A stretch of DNA of 64,000 nucleotides from Alphaproteobacteria bacterium (GCA_045605805.1 JAZUQR010000021.1:85336-149335), one strand, 5' to 3'. Shown: positions 1 through 10,418, numbered from the stretch's first letter. Notes: generated by a model from the sequence alone, not told the origin. Numbers and translations are program-made.

Positions 1-2419
1 AACTTTAAAATGCATTCATAATGCATTTAAATTGCTGGAAGCATTATTAACGCTTAAACTTGTCCCAGATCAATTATTTGCTTCTAAACAACCTGAGTAT
101 AACGCAATTCCTCGGTTTCAGAATAGCAAAGAAACTGGAGAAAATCATTTTTACCATACACTCACTGAAAAGAGTGCATCCACAACTAAGAATCAAAAAG
201 ATATTTTATCACTATTCAAGATATATTATAAAGTTCTAGACAATGTATTATGTACAAAAACATTGACTAGTACTGATCGTGAGATGTTAAATTGGCGTAT
301 CTGTTTTAGAAGACCTGCAATTGAGGATGATCCACAAAATATTAATGCAGAAGAACCTATTTCTAATATAATTGATGTGATACGGGATTTATCCGCTAAA
401 ATCATGCAATATAATTCCAAGAACACACAGATGACAGTAATCAATTTGCTGAAAAAAGGACATGGAGATATCTTTAAGAGAATTTTATTATATCTAGCCC
501 ACCGTTTTCCAAGTAAATTAAAAAAATATATTGCAGATATATTGCCCAACAAAACTTACTTTACGGGCACAAAACTTGCTACGAATGTGTATCATGAATA
601 TTATCAATTGCTACAACAGGAATTCCAGAACCTATCCAAACAAAAACAGAATCTAATTATAGGATATATATTAGAAGGTCCTGAAAAAGATTCCGATATG
701 ACAACGGATCAAATAGAATATTGGAAATTTAAAAAATTGCACTCTATTCACAAAGGGTTACCCGCTGGTATACAACAATATTATGACACTTTAGAACGAA
801 AATTTAAGGATAAAATAGAACATCCTGAATTTTTACATTATATGTCTTCGTTTGTTGGTTATCCAACTCCAAAGACAGAGGAAGAACTATCGACAATGTC
901 TATTGAACAAATTGTGGACTTTATGAAAACTTGGAAACCTGAAGACAAAGGTATTCGTTCTCCCGATAGAAGCGGTCTAAGTGATGTATTAGCAAAAGAT
1001 ATACGTAAAAGACCTCAGGAATATATAAAGCATCTTCATTTATTTAAAGATGTGAACGAACCAACTTACATTAGCACACTATTGAATACGCTTTGGAACA
1101 CAAATCAAATTATGCCTAATTTTATTGAAATTTGTGAAGTGATTAAATGGGCATTAACAAAAAAGAAAGAAAAATTTGAAGATAGAGAGAGTATCTTTGA
1201 TGGAGACAGGGATTGGCATCAGGTGTACAGAGCTGCTATGAATATCTTTGTCCATTATTTCCATAATCTTACAGGGAAAGAAACTCTATCACAGGATGAT
1301 ATAAACAATATTAAAGATGCCTATAGTATTATTCAAGAAATAACGCTTATGGAGGATTCTTGGTTAAAAAAGCAACAGATGTCATCTAAAGAACCTCCAA
1401 TTGAGCACTATCAAAGGGCTATTAACTCTTTGCATGGTGATGCAATGACTGCTTTATTCCAGTATGGAATGTGGCAAAATAGAGCAAATTTACATTTAAA
1501 TGATGTTCCAACACATTTGGAAAAGGTTTTAACAGATAATCATTATCCAGAAACTTATGCTGTCATAGGCCGACATTTACCTTGGATAAAATCTATGAAT
1601 GAAGAATGGTTTGCAGCTAATTTGGATAAACTCTTACCAGAAGATAATAATGAAACTTTTGATGTAACATGGTTGTGTTATGTACATTTTGTAGCTCCCT
1701 ATAGTGACATGTATGATATTTTAAAACAAAAATTCACTTATGCTTTAAATAGAAACTATAAAAAGACAGAAGATAACACAGAAAATGGTGGAACGGCCGC
1801 TCACCTAGCAATGTATTATGGGCGAGGAACGATTGCTTTGGAAGATCCAATCTTTGATATATTGCTTCCTCAACAACAAGAGACATTTGAAGGAGTTTCT
1901 TTGCTAAGCTACATTGGTAGATCTTTACGTGATGAGGCTAATAAGAACTTAGAACCAATTTATTATGAAAGATTCAAAAATCTATGGGGGAAATATAGAG
2001 CTACTATTGCCGAAAACGAGCAAAACCATAAGGATGGCCTTAAATCTTTTGGACACTGGTATACTTCGGGCGTTTTTGATCAAAAGTGGGCTTTAAATCA
2101 ACTACATGATATTGTTTGTACACATAATATTATCCCTACAACCTATGGGTTAATTGATCAATTGATTGTAGATGTAGATTGTGATGCCCTAAAATCTATA
2201 GAGATTGTGGAAAAATTGGTAACGCAATCGGATAGAGATTTTCTTGATATCACCATAACAGATTTAGAAAACTTGTTTAATAAAATAAATGAGAAAGAAT
2301 CAGCTGATATTAAAGCAAAAGCATTAACAATCTTGGAAAATATTATTAACAGTAAAAATAATCTAGAAATATGTTCAAGATTAGAACCTATAGTTAATTC
2401 TCTTAAGGCAAAGTTATAA
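1..2419 (+). CDS. C-terminal ~800 aa of a large alpha-helical protein, 5'-truncated by the window edge; resembles the C-terminal region of SIR2/STAND (Avs-like) anti-phage proteins
   Basis: Frame is open from base 2, so the true start lies upstream. Segments HPEFLHYMSSFVGYPTPKTEEELSTMS...SGLSDVL and AINSLHGDAMTALFQY resemble, from recall, large NTPase/SIR2 defence proteins. No catalytic motif is inside the window. Confidence 0.5.
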   Translation, partial: TLKCIHNAFKLLEALLTLKLVPDQLFASKQPEYNAIPRFQNSKETGENHFYHTLTEKSASTTKNQKDILSLFKIYYKVLDNVLCTKTLTSTDREMLNWRICFRRPAIEDDPQNINAEEPISNIIDVIRDLSAKIMQYNSKNTQMTVINLLKKGHGDIFKRILLYLAHRFPSKLKKYIADILPNKTYFTGTKLATNVYHEYYQLLQQEFQNLSKQKQNLIIGYILEGPEKDSDMTTDQIEYWKFKKLHSIHKGLPAGIQQYYDTLERKFKDKIEHPEFLHYMSSFVGYPTPKTEEELSTMSIEQIVDFMKTWKPEDKGIRSPDRSGLSDVLAKDIRKRPQEYIKHLHLFKDVNEPTYISTLLNTLWNTNQIMPNFIEICEVIKWALTKKKEKFEDRESIFDGDRDWHQVYRAAMNIFVHYFHNLTGKETLSQDDINNIKDAYSIIQEITLMEDSWLKKQQMSSKEPPIEHYQRAINSLHGDAMTALFQYGMWQNRANLHLNDVPTHLEKVLTDNHYPETYAVIGRHLPWIKSMNEEWFAANLDKLLPEDNNETFDVTWLCYVHFVAPYSDMYDILKQKFTYALNRNYKKTEDNTENGGTAAHLAMYYGRGTIALEDPIFDILLPQQQETFEGVSLLSYIGRSLRDEANKNLEPIYYERFKNLWGKYRATIAENEQNHKDGLKSFGHWYTSGVFDQKWALNQLHDIVCTHNIIPTTYGLIDQLIVDVDCDALKSIEIVEKLVTQSDRDFLDITITDLENLFNKINEKESADIKAKALTILENIINSKNNLEICSRLEPIVNSLKAKL

Positions 2420-2426
2420 GTTCAAA

Positions 2427-3200
2427 ATGACAAAAGGTATCTGTAAGTATTGTGGCAAGGAAAAGGAACTCATTAATTCGCACATAATTCCTAAAAGTTT
2501 GTGCCAAACGGACAAGTTTGGCCCTATGGTTGGTGTAGATTCTGTTTCTAAACGGTTTGATCATAATCCAAAACACCAAAGCGGGCAAAAAGAACCTTTG
2601 TTATGTAAAGAATGTGATAATTTAATTGGTAAGCTAGATAATTACGCTAGTAAAGTATTTAAGCAAATTATACCCAAACACAAATGGGATATTGTTAATG
2701 GTTATCTCTTATGCAAATTACTTCCTGAAGAAGTAGATTATTGGACATTAAAAAAGTTTTTAATTTCTCTAATGTGGCGGGCATCTGTTGATTCAAGCGA
2801 TATACATCTTGGTAAATATGAAGATATTGCTTTAAAAATGATAAAAGATGAACTGCAAGACGATCCAAACCTTTTTGTCCCATTAATATACGCTTCAAGG
2901 ACGCAGACACCATTAGACTTTGCAAATGGAATATTCGGTAGCAAAACACGGGGAAAACACATATATATTATTCACTTTCCTCATTATAAAATTACTATCA
3001 TTCCATGCATAGAGCATTCTACAAATCCAAGAGAAATGGAATCATTTAAAGCATTTTTCAATCCAAAGCACATTATTATTCAAACCAATTTCTTACCGAC
3101 AGATGATGATCACCATCCCCTTGAAGTTTTAGAAGGATGCAAAAAAAATGAATTAAAAAATAAGAAAAAGAATAATAAATCAAATTTCTTTATTCTCTAA
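2427..3200 (+). CDS. HNH endonuclease-like protein
   Basis: CKYC...SHIIPK...LLCKECDN: zinc-binding HNH-type pattern. Confidence 0.65.
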   Translation: MTKGICKYCGKEKELINSHIIPKSLCQTDKFGPMVGVDSVSKRFDHNPKHQSGQKEPLLCKECDNLIGKLDNYASKVFKQIIPKHKWDIVNGYLLCKLLPEEVDYWTLKKFLISLMWRASVDSSDIHLGKYEDIALKMIKDELQDDPNLFVPLIYASRTQTPLDFANGIFGSKTRGKHIYIIHFPHYKITIIPCIEHSTNPREMESFKAFFNPKHIIIQTNFLPTDDDHHPLEVLEGCKKNELKNKKKNNKSNFFIL

Positions 3201-3776
3201 AAACTTATACAAAGTTCCTTTACTAACCTTCATAATTTTGGCAATTTGGTTTTTACTCACGCCTTTCGCCAACAACTTGCTTATTTTGTTGCGATTTTTA
3301 GATAACTTTAAGGCCCGAGAACGAGCACCAACGGGTCTCCCCAATTTTTTACCACTAGCCTTTAAGCGTGCCAAACTTTCCTTTACTCTTTCCTGTAATA
3401 AGGATTTAGATAACTCAGCAGATAGTCCAAAGGCAAATGCCAACACCTTGCTTTGAATATCAGCTCCCAAGCGGAAGTTTTCTTTCAATGTCCATATCTG
3501 ACATTCCTTTTCTAAACACATTTGAAGAATATTCATCACTTCTAACAAACTACGCCCAAGGCGGGAAATCTCGGTTGTGATGAGAATATCTCCACCTTTC
3601 AGGTTGTTTAGTAATCGTCCCAATTGTCTTTCCTTTAATTTCTTGCTGCTGGAAATTTTTTCTTCCACCCAAGTATCTATATGTAAATTATTTGCTTTTG
3701 CGAAATTTTCTATCGCAAAGTGTTGATTTTCTTCATTTTGATGAGCTGTTGAAACTCTGCAATACCCATAAATCAT
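3180..3776 (-). CDS. Serine recombinase, Mpi-like DNA invertase/resolvase (copy 1)
   Basis: MIYGYCRVST catalytic Ser, EISRLGRS, family-typical LGADIQSKVLAFAFGLSAE, KLGRP then C-terminal HTH; AGGAG before ATG 3776. Confidence 0.9.
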   Translation of the reverse strand: MIYGYCRVSTAHQNEENQHFAIENFAKANNLHIDTWVEEKISSSKKLKERQLGRLLNNLKGGDILITTEISRLGRSLLEVMNILQMCLEKECQIWTLKENFRLGADIQSKVLAFAFGLSAELSKSLLQERVKESLARLKASGKKLGRPVGARSRALKLSKNRNKISKLLAKGVSKNQIAKIMKVSKGTLYKFLENKEI

Positions 3777-3821
3777 TTGAACTCCTTTTATATTGTTTGA
3801 CATACATATTTATCGGTTCAG

Positions 3822-3964
3822 TTTTAACCAAGGTTAAAAGTCAACTACTTTTTTGTATTTTTTAATAAATTCGTTTAAAAGGTAAAAACTCTATAAATAT
3901 CAATGAAATATCCCATATTTACTATACCACATAAATTCATCGGTCACTTAACCTTGGTTTTTAT
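3822..3964. promoter_or_regulatory. Pair of inverted hix-like palindromic sites
   Basis: TTTTAACC-AA-GGTTAAAA (3822-3839) and TTAACC-TT-GGTTTTTAT (3948-3964); 12-bp perfect inverted repeat AACCAAGGTTAA / TTAACCTTGGTT. Confidence 0.55.
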
Positions 3965-4000
3965 ACAATGTCCGCATACAAAAACACAGTAAGGGAAGAT

Positions 4001-4240
4001 ATGACTGAAAAAGAGTTTCTAAAAATTGTTGGGACAAACATAGCTTATTATCGCAAGTTGGCGGGCTACTCACAAAAAGAATTTGCGAAACGGTCTGGTT
4101 TAAAACTGGTAACCATTGGATCACTGGAGTGTGGTATGGCTGGAACAACAATTAAAACTCTTAAGAAAATTTCTGATTCTTTAAATATTTTGCCTGAATA
4201 CTTGATAAAAATCCCCGAAGGAAGGAGAAAAAGTTTATGA
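4001..4240 (+). CDS. XRE/HTH_3 transcriptional regulator
   Basis: VGTNIAYYRKLAGYSQKEFAKRSGL...IGSLECG...TLKKISDSL; alternative start at 3968. Confidence 0.85.
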   Translation: MTEKEFLKIVGTNIAYYRKLAGYSQKEFAKRSGLKLVTIGSLECGMAGTTIKTLKKISDSLNILPEYLIKIPEGRRKSL

Positions 4241-4707
4241 AAAAGAGAAAAGTGAACATTTTGGAATTATTAAATCAATTTCTACACATTATTCCTATTT
4301 TTGGAATGCTGATGGGGTATTGTCTTTTACCGTTTTTAAAACCTGAAACAAAGTTTGCATATGTTATATCTGCATATACAATCGTTTCTACTAGCTTTAT
4401 TTTTATTGGAGAACTGATTGATTGGTATTATGAAACAAAAAGATACAGAAAACTACCTGATGATGTCATAAAATATCTAAAATTATATCCTGCGGTAGTT
4501 CCCTTATATTATGTTGCTTTATCTTTAATTTTTGTCCCTGTTATTTTATTTGCTCTTTTTAACTACTGGACAAACTGTCCTATTCACTGGTGTTCACTAA
4601 TTGTTTCATTTCTATCCGCAGCAACTGTTTTTACTTATTTAGATGATTATGTTCGTGAGGAAAATGAGGATTTTTGTGATGAATTTTTTTATTGGGGGAA
4701 TTTTTAA
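4237..4707 (+). CDS. Hypothetical membrane protein (about 4 TM segments)
   Basis: Hydrophobic stretches; ATGA overlap with the XRE gene. Confidence 0.65.
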   Translation: MKKRKVNILELLNQFLHIIPIFGMLMGYCLLPFLKPETKFAYVISAYTIVSTSFIFIGELIDWYYETKRYRKLPDDVIKYLKLYPAVVPLYYVALSLIFVPVILFALFNYWTNCPIHWCSLIVSFLSAATVFTYLDDYVREENEDFCDEFFYWGNF

Positions 4708-5663
4708 TGAATCAATCCTGCCCCCAAATATCTATTATCATACCTGTATACAATGTTGAGCAATACTTACCTGATTGTTTGGAATCAGTATTGGCACAAA
4801 CATTTACGGACTTTGAGGTTATATGTGTAAATGATGGCAGTCCAGATGGGTGTAGCAAGATTCTTGATAAATTCGCAGCTAAAGACAAAAGGATTAAAAT
4901 AATTACACAAGAGAATCAAGGGCTTTCAATGGCACGGAACAATGGGCTAAAAGAAGCAATTGGTGAATACATATTCTTTTTAGATTCAGATGATTATGTA
5001 CATCCCCAACTGTTGGAGATTTGTTATACCCTTGCTCAAAAAGAAGTAGCTGACATGGTAAGCTTTAATTTTCAAAAGGTTGAACTTGGAGATTTTATAT
5101 CACATCGTCAGTACGATATAAACAATCTGGAATACACGATAACAAATAACCCTCTTTATTATCAAAAAAAACGCCATAAGCATAAGATTTCTGTCAATTC
5201 ATGGTCAAAATTATTTAAAAAGGATCTTATTCATGATTTAACATTTATTCCAGAGATAACAAGTGAAGATTATCCACACACATATGCTGTACTTGCACAC
5301 CATCCAAGAACAGTAATTTTAGATATCCCTCTATACTATTATATGCATAATCCGAATTCTATTACCTTAACAGATATAACCGTAAGAAAAATACAAGATT
5401 TTCAATCTGGACTAAACTCTCTTATAGATATCTATAGCAAAGCATCCAAAAAGGAAAGACGCTTTGTGAGACATGAATTGTTCCCCAACATATTAAAACA
5501 GGAATTAAATAGGATTCAAAGGGCGCCAAACGAAAAGCAACCTGAGCTATATGCCGCTTTTGCAGAGGAACTAAGTGATTTGAATTCAAAAGGTTGGTTA
5601 AAACCTTGGGGGCATAAAATCAGCAGATATTTTAAATATAGAAAGCTAATTAAGAAATATTAA
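4707..5663 (+). CDS. Glycosyltransferase family 2
   Basis: ISIIIPVYNVEQYL...VNDGSPD...NQGLSMARNNGL...FLDSDD. Confidence 0.95.
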   Translation: MNQSCPQISIIIPVYNVEQYLPDCLESVLAQTFTDFEVICVNDGSPDGCSKILDKFAAKDKRIKIITQENQGLSMARNNGLKEAIGEYIFFLDSDDYVHPQLLEICYTLAQKEVADMVSFNFQKVELGDFISHRQYDINNLEYTITNNPLYYQKKRHKHKISVNSWSKLFKKDLIHDLTFIPEITSEDYPHTYAVLAHHPRTVILDIPLYYYMHNPNSITLTDITVRKIQDFQSGLNSLIDIYSKASKKERRFVRHELFPNILKQELNRIQRAPNEKQPELYAAFAEELSDLNSKGWLKPWGHKISRYFKYRKLIKKY

Positions 5664-5678
5664 TTCATAGGAGATAAA

Positions 5679-7586
5679 ATGATAACTGAAGAACTTCAAA
5701 AAGAGATCGATTCTCATAAGATTATTTCATTTGATATATTTGATACTTTGCTAATTAGACCCTATGTAAAACCTACGGATTTATTCCTTCATTTAGAAGA
5801 ATTAGAAAGAACATCTGGTTTTGCTATCAATAGAATTGAAGCAGAGAAAAATGCTAGGAAGAAGCATCACGACCAAGAGGACATAACATTAGAGCAAATC
5901 TATAACGAAATTGCTACAAAATATCAATCCTTACAACAAAATGAATTAGATTTAGAGAAGCAGGTTTTAAGAACAAATCCTGATATGAAAGAAATCTATG
6001 AATATGCTTTATCAAAAAAGAAGAAAATTATAGTTATTTCAGATATGTACTTATCTAGTGAATTTTTGAAACAAATTCTTCATAAGAATGGATACACAAA
6101 GATTGAAAATGTATATGTCTCCAACGAATGTGGAAGTACAAAAGCAACAGGCAAACTATATCAATATGTTATGAATAAACTAGGAGAAAAATCTCAGAAC
6201 ATATTTCACATTGGGGATAATATATATTCCGATATAGCTAAGGCAAAGGAAAATGGAATATCTTCTTACTGGTACCAGAAAAGGATAGATGCTTTATTGG
6301 AGAATGATAAGCGTGCAGCATCTTTCTATCAAAACAATAAACATTCATTAGAAGCATCTATATTGCTTGGCTCAATAGCAAACTATTTCCCAGACGAAAA
6401 TGTTTCATACTGGGAAACAATTGGTTATGTTTACGCAGGACCCACTATTTACGCTTATATGTTATGGTTAAATAGTGCCATTCAAAAAGAAGGAATTAAA
6501 GAATTGCTCTTTGTTGCACGAGATGGTTATACCCTAGAAAAAGTATTCAATATTATCAAAACTCAAAACACAAAAACTCATTATTTTTATGCACCAAGAA
6601 CAACTAGTTTGTTAACAGATTTATGCTGGGATAGTTATGAATCACCACAACAGAAATTAACATTTGCACAATTCACATTAAATCATTTTTCCCAGTACGA
6701 CTCAACGATGAAAGCATATGCTTCATACATAAGTTCATTATCCAAAGCTACGAAAATATTTAAAGATAATCATGAAATCCTAGAAAAATTTGCTAGTATT
6801 GAAAAAGAAAAATACAGAGCTTATCTAAAAACTTTTGAAATTTCGGAGAAAAAGGTTGGATTAGTAGATACGATAACACAACTATTTTCATCGCAACGAA
6901 CATTAGCAATGGGGCTACCAAATAATGATATTATAGGTTACTATTGGTACACATTGCCTAACAAGCAGAAAATAGCAAATAAGCACAATTTTTACACATT
7001 TTCAGAAACAAACAACCCAAATTTTGCTGATTGGGACATTATGGAGCTTTTAATGACCGCTCCAACGCCACCAATAGATTCTATTAAAGATAACAAACCA
7101 ATATTTAAAGAACCTAATGCATATGAACAAAAACGGATTCAAATATATCCCGCCATATCAGAAGGAGCTATTAAGTATGCCCAATACCTAAAAAACACAT
7201 TTAAAGGTATTAATATTAGTTTTTCTGAACAAATTATAAGAAAGTGGATTAACACTTTTTGTCTGATAGCTACCGATAATGACAAAACCGAATTTTCTCA
7301 AATTCAGCATGCATGGGATGCGAAACATGAACATTATGTACCACTACCTAAGGCATGGTTTCCTGTAACAAATGAACACAAAGGTGTTACACTTAGCAAT
7401 ACAAAGATTTACTTATTAAACTTAATTCCTTTTATTAGGAAGAAAGAAACTACAACTAGACATCGGCTATATCTATTTTGTTTCATACCTTTTTATACTA
7501 TCCGTATTAAATCTCAAAAAAGGTCGCATTGGTTATTTAATTGTATACCTTTATTTTCTATCACAAAGAAGGACAAAAACAAATGA
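5679..7586 (+). CDS. HAD-superfamily hydrolase of the polysaccharide-locus type
   Basis: ISFDIFDTLL, ISDMYL, HIGDN..SD, LFVARDGY. Confidence 0.85.
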   Translation: MITEELQKEIDSHKIISFDIFDTLLIRPYVKPTDLFLHLEELERTSGFAINRIEAEKNARKKHHDQEDITLEQIYNEIATKYQSLQQNELDLEKQVLRTNPDMKEIYEYALSKKKKIIVISDMYLSSEFLKQILHKNGYTKIENVYVSNECGSTKATGKLYQYVMNKLGEKSQNIFHIGDNIYSDIAKAKENGISSYWYQKRIDALLENDKRAASFYQNNKHSLEASILLGSIANYFPDENVSYWETIGYVYAGPTIYAYMLWLNSAIQKEGIKELLFVARDGYTLEKVFNIIKTQNTKTHYFYAPRTTSLLTDLCWDSYESPQQKLTFAQFTLNHFSQYDSTMKAYASYISSLSKATKIFKDNHEILEKFASIEKEKYRAYLKTFEISEKKVGLVDTITQLFSSQRTLAMGLPNNDIIGYYWYTLPNKQKIANKHNFYTFSETNNPNFADWDIMELLMTAPTPPIDSIKDNKPIFKEPNAYEQKRIQIYPAISEGAIKYAQYLKNTFKGINISFSEQIIRKWINTFCLIATDNDKTEFSQIQHAWDAKHEHYVPLPKAWFPVTNEHKGVTLSNTKIYLLNLIPFIRKKETTTRHRLYLFCFIPFYTIRIKSQKRSHWLFNCIPLFSITKKDKNK

Positions 7587-8335
7587 AAAAAATATTCTAT
7601 CAAATTTGTGCTGCCTTTATTCTCAACAAACAAAGCAAAAAAGCATTCCGTAGGAAATATATCACACCATTAAAGCGTATTGAACCTATTTGTGAGAAAG
7701 ATCCTTTTGTTGCTGATTCTGTGGTAAGTATTGCTCACGATTACACTGAATATTCGGAATTGATAATTAACCAAGATTTACGCAGAAATAACAAATTTAT
7801 AGCATTTGATAATGGTGTATCATTGTGTGGAAATAATTTTGTAACAAAAGGCACTAAGATTGGGCGTTATTCATACATAGGTGAATACACAAAAATTGAT
7901 GATAAAGTTATAATTGGTCGTTATTGTTCTATAGCAGATAATGTTTTGATTGGGGCAACAAGACATCCTACGAATTGGCTTTCAACTTCACCTTTTCAAT
8001 ATGATTATTGGATTGATGCAAAATGTCCTAAGAAACAATATACAATCAGTAAGAAAACAGAAATTGGCAATGATGTATGGATAGGTGCTAATGTTATTAT
8101 TCAGACAGGAATAACTGTAGGAGATGGTGCTATCATTGGTTCTGGTGCGGTGGTAACTCACGATATTCCTCCATATGGTATTGCTGTAGGTGTTCCTGCC
8201 AAAGTAATAAAATACAGATTTAATGAAGATATTATTAAAATTTTGCTTGATAAAAAGTGGTGGAATAGAAAGCACGAATACATACAGAAATTACCCTTTG
8301 ATGATATTGATAAATGCTTGGAGATATTAAAATGA
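7583..8335 (+). CDS. CatB/Vat-like hexapeptide O-acetyltransferase
   Basis: IGRYCSIA, HPTNWLSTSPF, IGNDVWIGANV, GVPAKVIKYRF. Confidence 0.9.
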   Translation: MKKIFYQICAAFILNKQSKKAFRRKYITPLKRIEPICEKDPFVADSVVSIAHDYTEYSELIINQDLRRNNKFIAFDNGVSLCGNNFVTKGTKIGRYSYIGEYTKIDDKVIIGRYCSIADNVLIGATRHPTNWLSTSPFQYDYWIDAKCPKKQYTISKKTEIGNDVWIGANVIIQTGITVGDGAIIGSGAVVTHDIPPYGIAVGVPAKVIKYRFNEDIIKILLDKKWWNRKHEYIQKLPFDDIDKCLEILK

Positions 8336-9105
8336 GCTTAATTAAAAAAATATATGTTAATGAAACTAAAATAAATGATATACAAAATATGGCGGCACGC
8401 TACATAACTGCACAATATTTTAATGCTAAAGCATTTAGAGAATTTAAAGGCATATATAAAGGAAGAGATATTGTAGTTGTCGCAGCAGGTCCTAGCGTAA
8501 AAAAATTCCAACCCATTGAAAATGCAATTTATATTGGAATGAACAGAAGTTGTATGTTAGAAAGTATTAAATTTGATTTTTTGTTTACCATTGACCTATT
8601 AGGAATAGATAGTTTTATGGAGGAATTTAAAAATTACGAGGGGAATAATTGTGTTAAATTTATAGGGGAACAACAAGAAGGAAAAGGTAGGGATATACCT
8701 GAATCCTACTTTCTATCATTGAAAAATGCTAGAAAATACAAAACTGATATCTTTATTAACGCAGGCGAAAAAATTCCAGTTGATATTGATTGTTTGCCTC
8801 TTTGGAATGGAAATAGTGTAGCACATCAGGCGGTACAATTTGCATTATTCTGTAATCCTAAAAGAATATATCTTGTTGGGTGTGATTGTAGTGGTATTAA
8901 AACGGGGCATTTTATTGAAGGCAAAAATGATGAACATATGGTAAAAAGTTTTTCGGATGACTTTTGGAAAAATAATCAAGAATATTTAATTAACGGCTGG
9001 AAAAAACTAAAGGATTTTGCTGAAACATACTATCCAGATACAGAAATTATATCAATTAATCCAGTTGGTCTAAAAGGGTTGTTTAAAGATACATATCAAG
9101 AATGA
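8332..9105 (+). CDS. DUF115/Maf-like (MptE-like) protein, putative nonulosonate/sugar transferase
   Basis: KGRDIVVVAAGPS, AVQFALFCNPKRIYLVGCD. Confidence 0.7.
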   Translation: MSLIKKIYVNETKINDIQNMAARYITAQYFNAKAFREFKGIYKGRDIVVVAAGPSVKKFQPIENAIYIGMNRSCMLESIKFDFLFTIDLLGIDSFMEEFKNYEGNNCVKFIGEQQEGKGRDIPESYFLSLKNARKYKTDIFINAGEKIPVDIDCLPLWNGNSVAHQAVQFALFCNPKRIYLVGCDCSGIKTGHFIEGKNDEHMVKSFSDDFWKNNQEYLINGWKKLKDFAETYYPDTEIISINPVGLKGLFKDTYQE

Positions 9106-9115
9106 AAGGAACCTA

Positions 9116-9781
9116 ATGAGCAATTTAAAAATCATTATACCATTAAAAACTAATTCGGAACGCATACCCAATAAGAATCTTCGTCCATTTTTGGGTAATA
9201 AAAGTTTATTTGATATAAAAGCTGAACAATTACTAAAATGTTTTGATCCCAAAGATGTGTGGTGTTCATCTGAAAATCCAGAAGTGGAACAAATTGTGAA
9301 AAAGTACGGTTTTAATTTTCATTTAAGAGATATCTCGTTGACAACTAAAAATACACGAGAAAACAAACTTGTCAAGACCATAGTAGACAGTATTCCTGGA
9401 AAACCAGATATAATGTGGTGTCAGGTAACACAACCGCTATTTAACGAATTTTCAAAATTATTGGAAACATATCATAATTTAGATAAAAAATATGATTCTA
9501 TATGTGTTGTGAAGAAATTTCGCCATCATTTATTAGATGACAAGGGAAATCCCGTTAATTTCAATTTTGGATATTGGCACAAGATAAGCCAAGATTTACC
9601 AAAACTATATGAAGTAGCATGGGCTGCATTTATTATGAGAAGAGAAATGCTTGAGCAAGCATGGTATCAAATCGGTCGGAACCCTTATCTATTTGAAACA
9701 CAAAAACCACTTATAGACATAGATGAGATTTCAGATTTTGAAATTGCAAGTATCTTGTATAATCATTATATTGATACTTAA
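9116..9781 (+). CDS. Acylneuraminate/KDO-type cytidylyltransferase (NeuA-like)
   Basis: IIPLKTNSERIPNKNLRPF, QVTQPL, IDIDEISDFEIA. Confidence 0.85.
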   Translation: MSNLKIIIPLKTNSERIPNKNLRPFLGNKSLFDIKAEQLLKCFDPKDVWCSSENPEVEQIVKKYGFNFHLRDISLTTKNTRENKLVKTIVDSIPGKPDIMWCQVTQPLFNEFSKLLETYHNLDKKYDSICVVKKFRHHLLDDKGNPVNFNFGYWHKISQDLPKLYEVAWAAFIMRREMLEQAWYQIGRNPYLFETQKPLIDIDEISDFEIASILYNHYIDT

Positions 9782-9821
9782 AGTAAAACTTATTTGGATA
9801 CACATCATCGCTATCTTATGT

Positions 9822-10418
9822 TTATACCACAACATTCTCCACAGCGTTTGAGAGCATCTTTTCATTATAGTTGAAATACCTTTGTGTTGTGCTTATGTTA
9901 CGATGATTGGCGAGCTTTTGAACCAAACAGATATTAGTGCCTGCATTTATTAAACGACTCACGAACAAATGCCTTCCAAGGTGACTTCCCCCTTCAATAT
10001 TGAACTTACTGTAAATAGTTGAGAACATTCTACTAATAGATACTCGATTAAATGGTTTCCCCAACTTTTGCGAGGTAAAAAGATACATTTCCGGGGAAAT
10101 CTCTTCATTTTTGCTCTTCAAATACTCCAAATACTCCTTAAACTCTTTCTTCATTTGAGAATTTAGGTAATAACTACACCCAAATTTGCCTTTATTCTTA
10201 TCCTTTTCAAGGCAAATAACATCCTTTACCTTTAAATCTTGGGTATAAACATCCCCAACTTGAAGATAAGCAAAATTTATAGACCTCATGCCATTGAGCG
10301 AGCAAAGGAACATCATCCTAATCATTTCCGCATGTCTCATTCCAGAGATATAAGTCAAAATATCTTTGATTTTCTTGTCGTCAATAAAAACACTGTTTAC
10401 CATTTTTAATCCAATCAT
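9822..10418 (-). CDS. Small tyrosine recombinase (catalytic domain only)
   Basis: GMRS (R), SHLGRH (HxxR), LANHRNISTTQRY (H...Y). Confidence 0.9.
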   Translation of the reverse strand: MIGLKMVNSVFIDDKKIKDILTYISGMRHAEMIRMMFLCSLNGMRSINFAYLQVGDVYTQDLKVKDVICLEKDKNKGKFGCSYYLNSQMKKEFKEYLEYLKSKNEEISPEMYLFTSQKLGKPFNRVSISRMFSTIYSKFNIEGGSHLGRHLFVSRLINAGTNICLVQKLANHRNISTTQRYFNYNEKMLSNAVENVVV

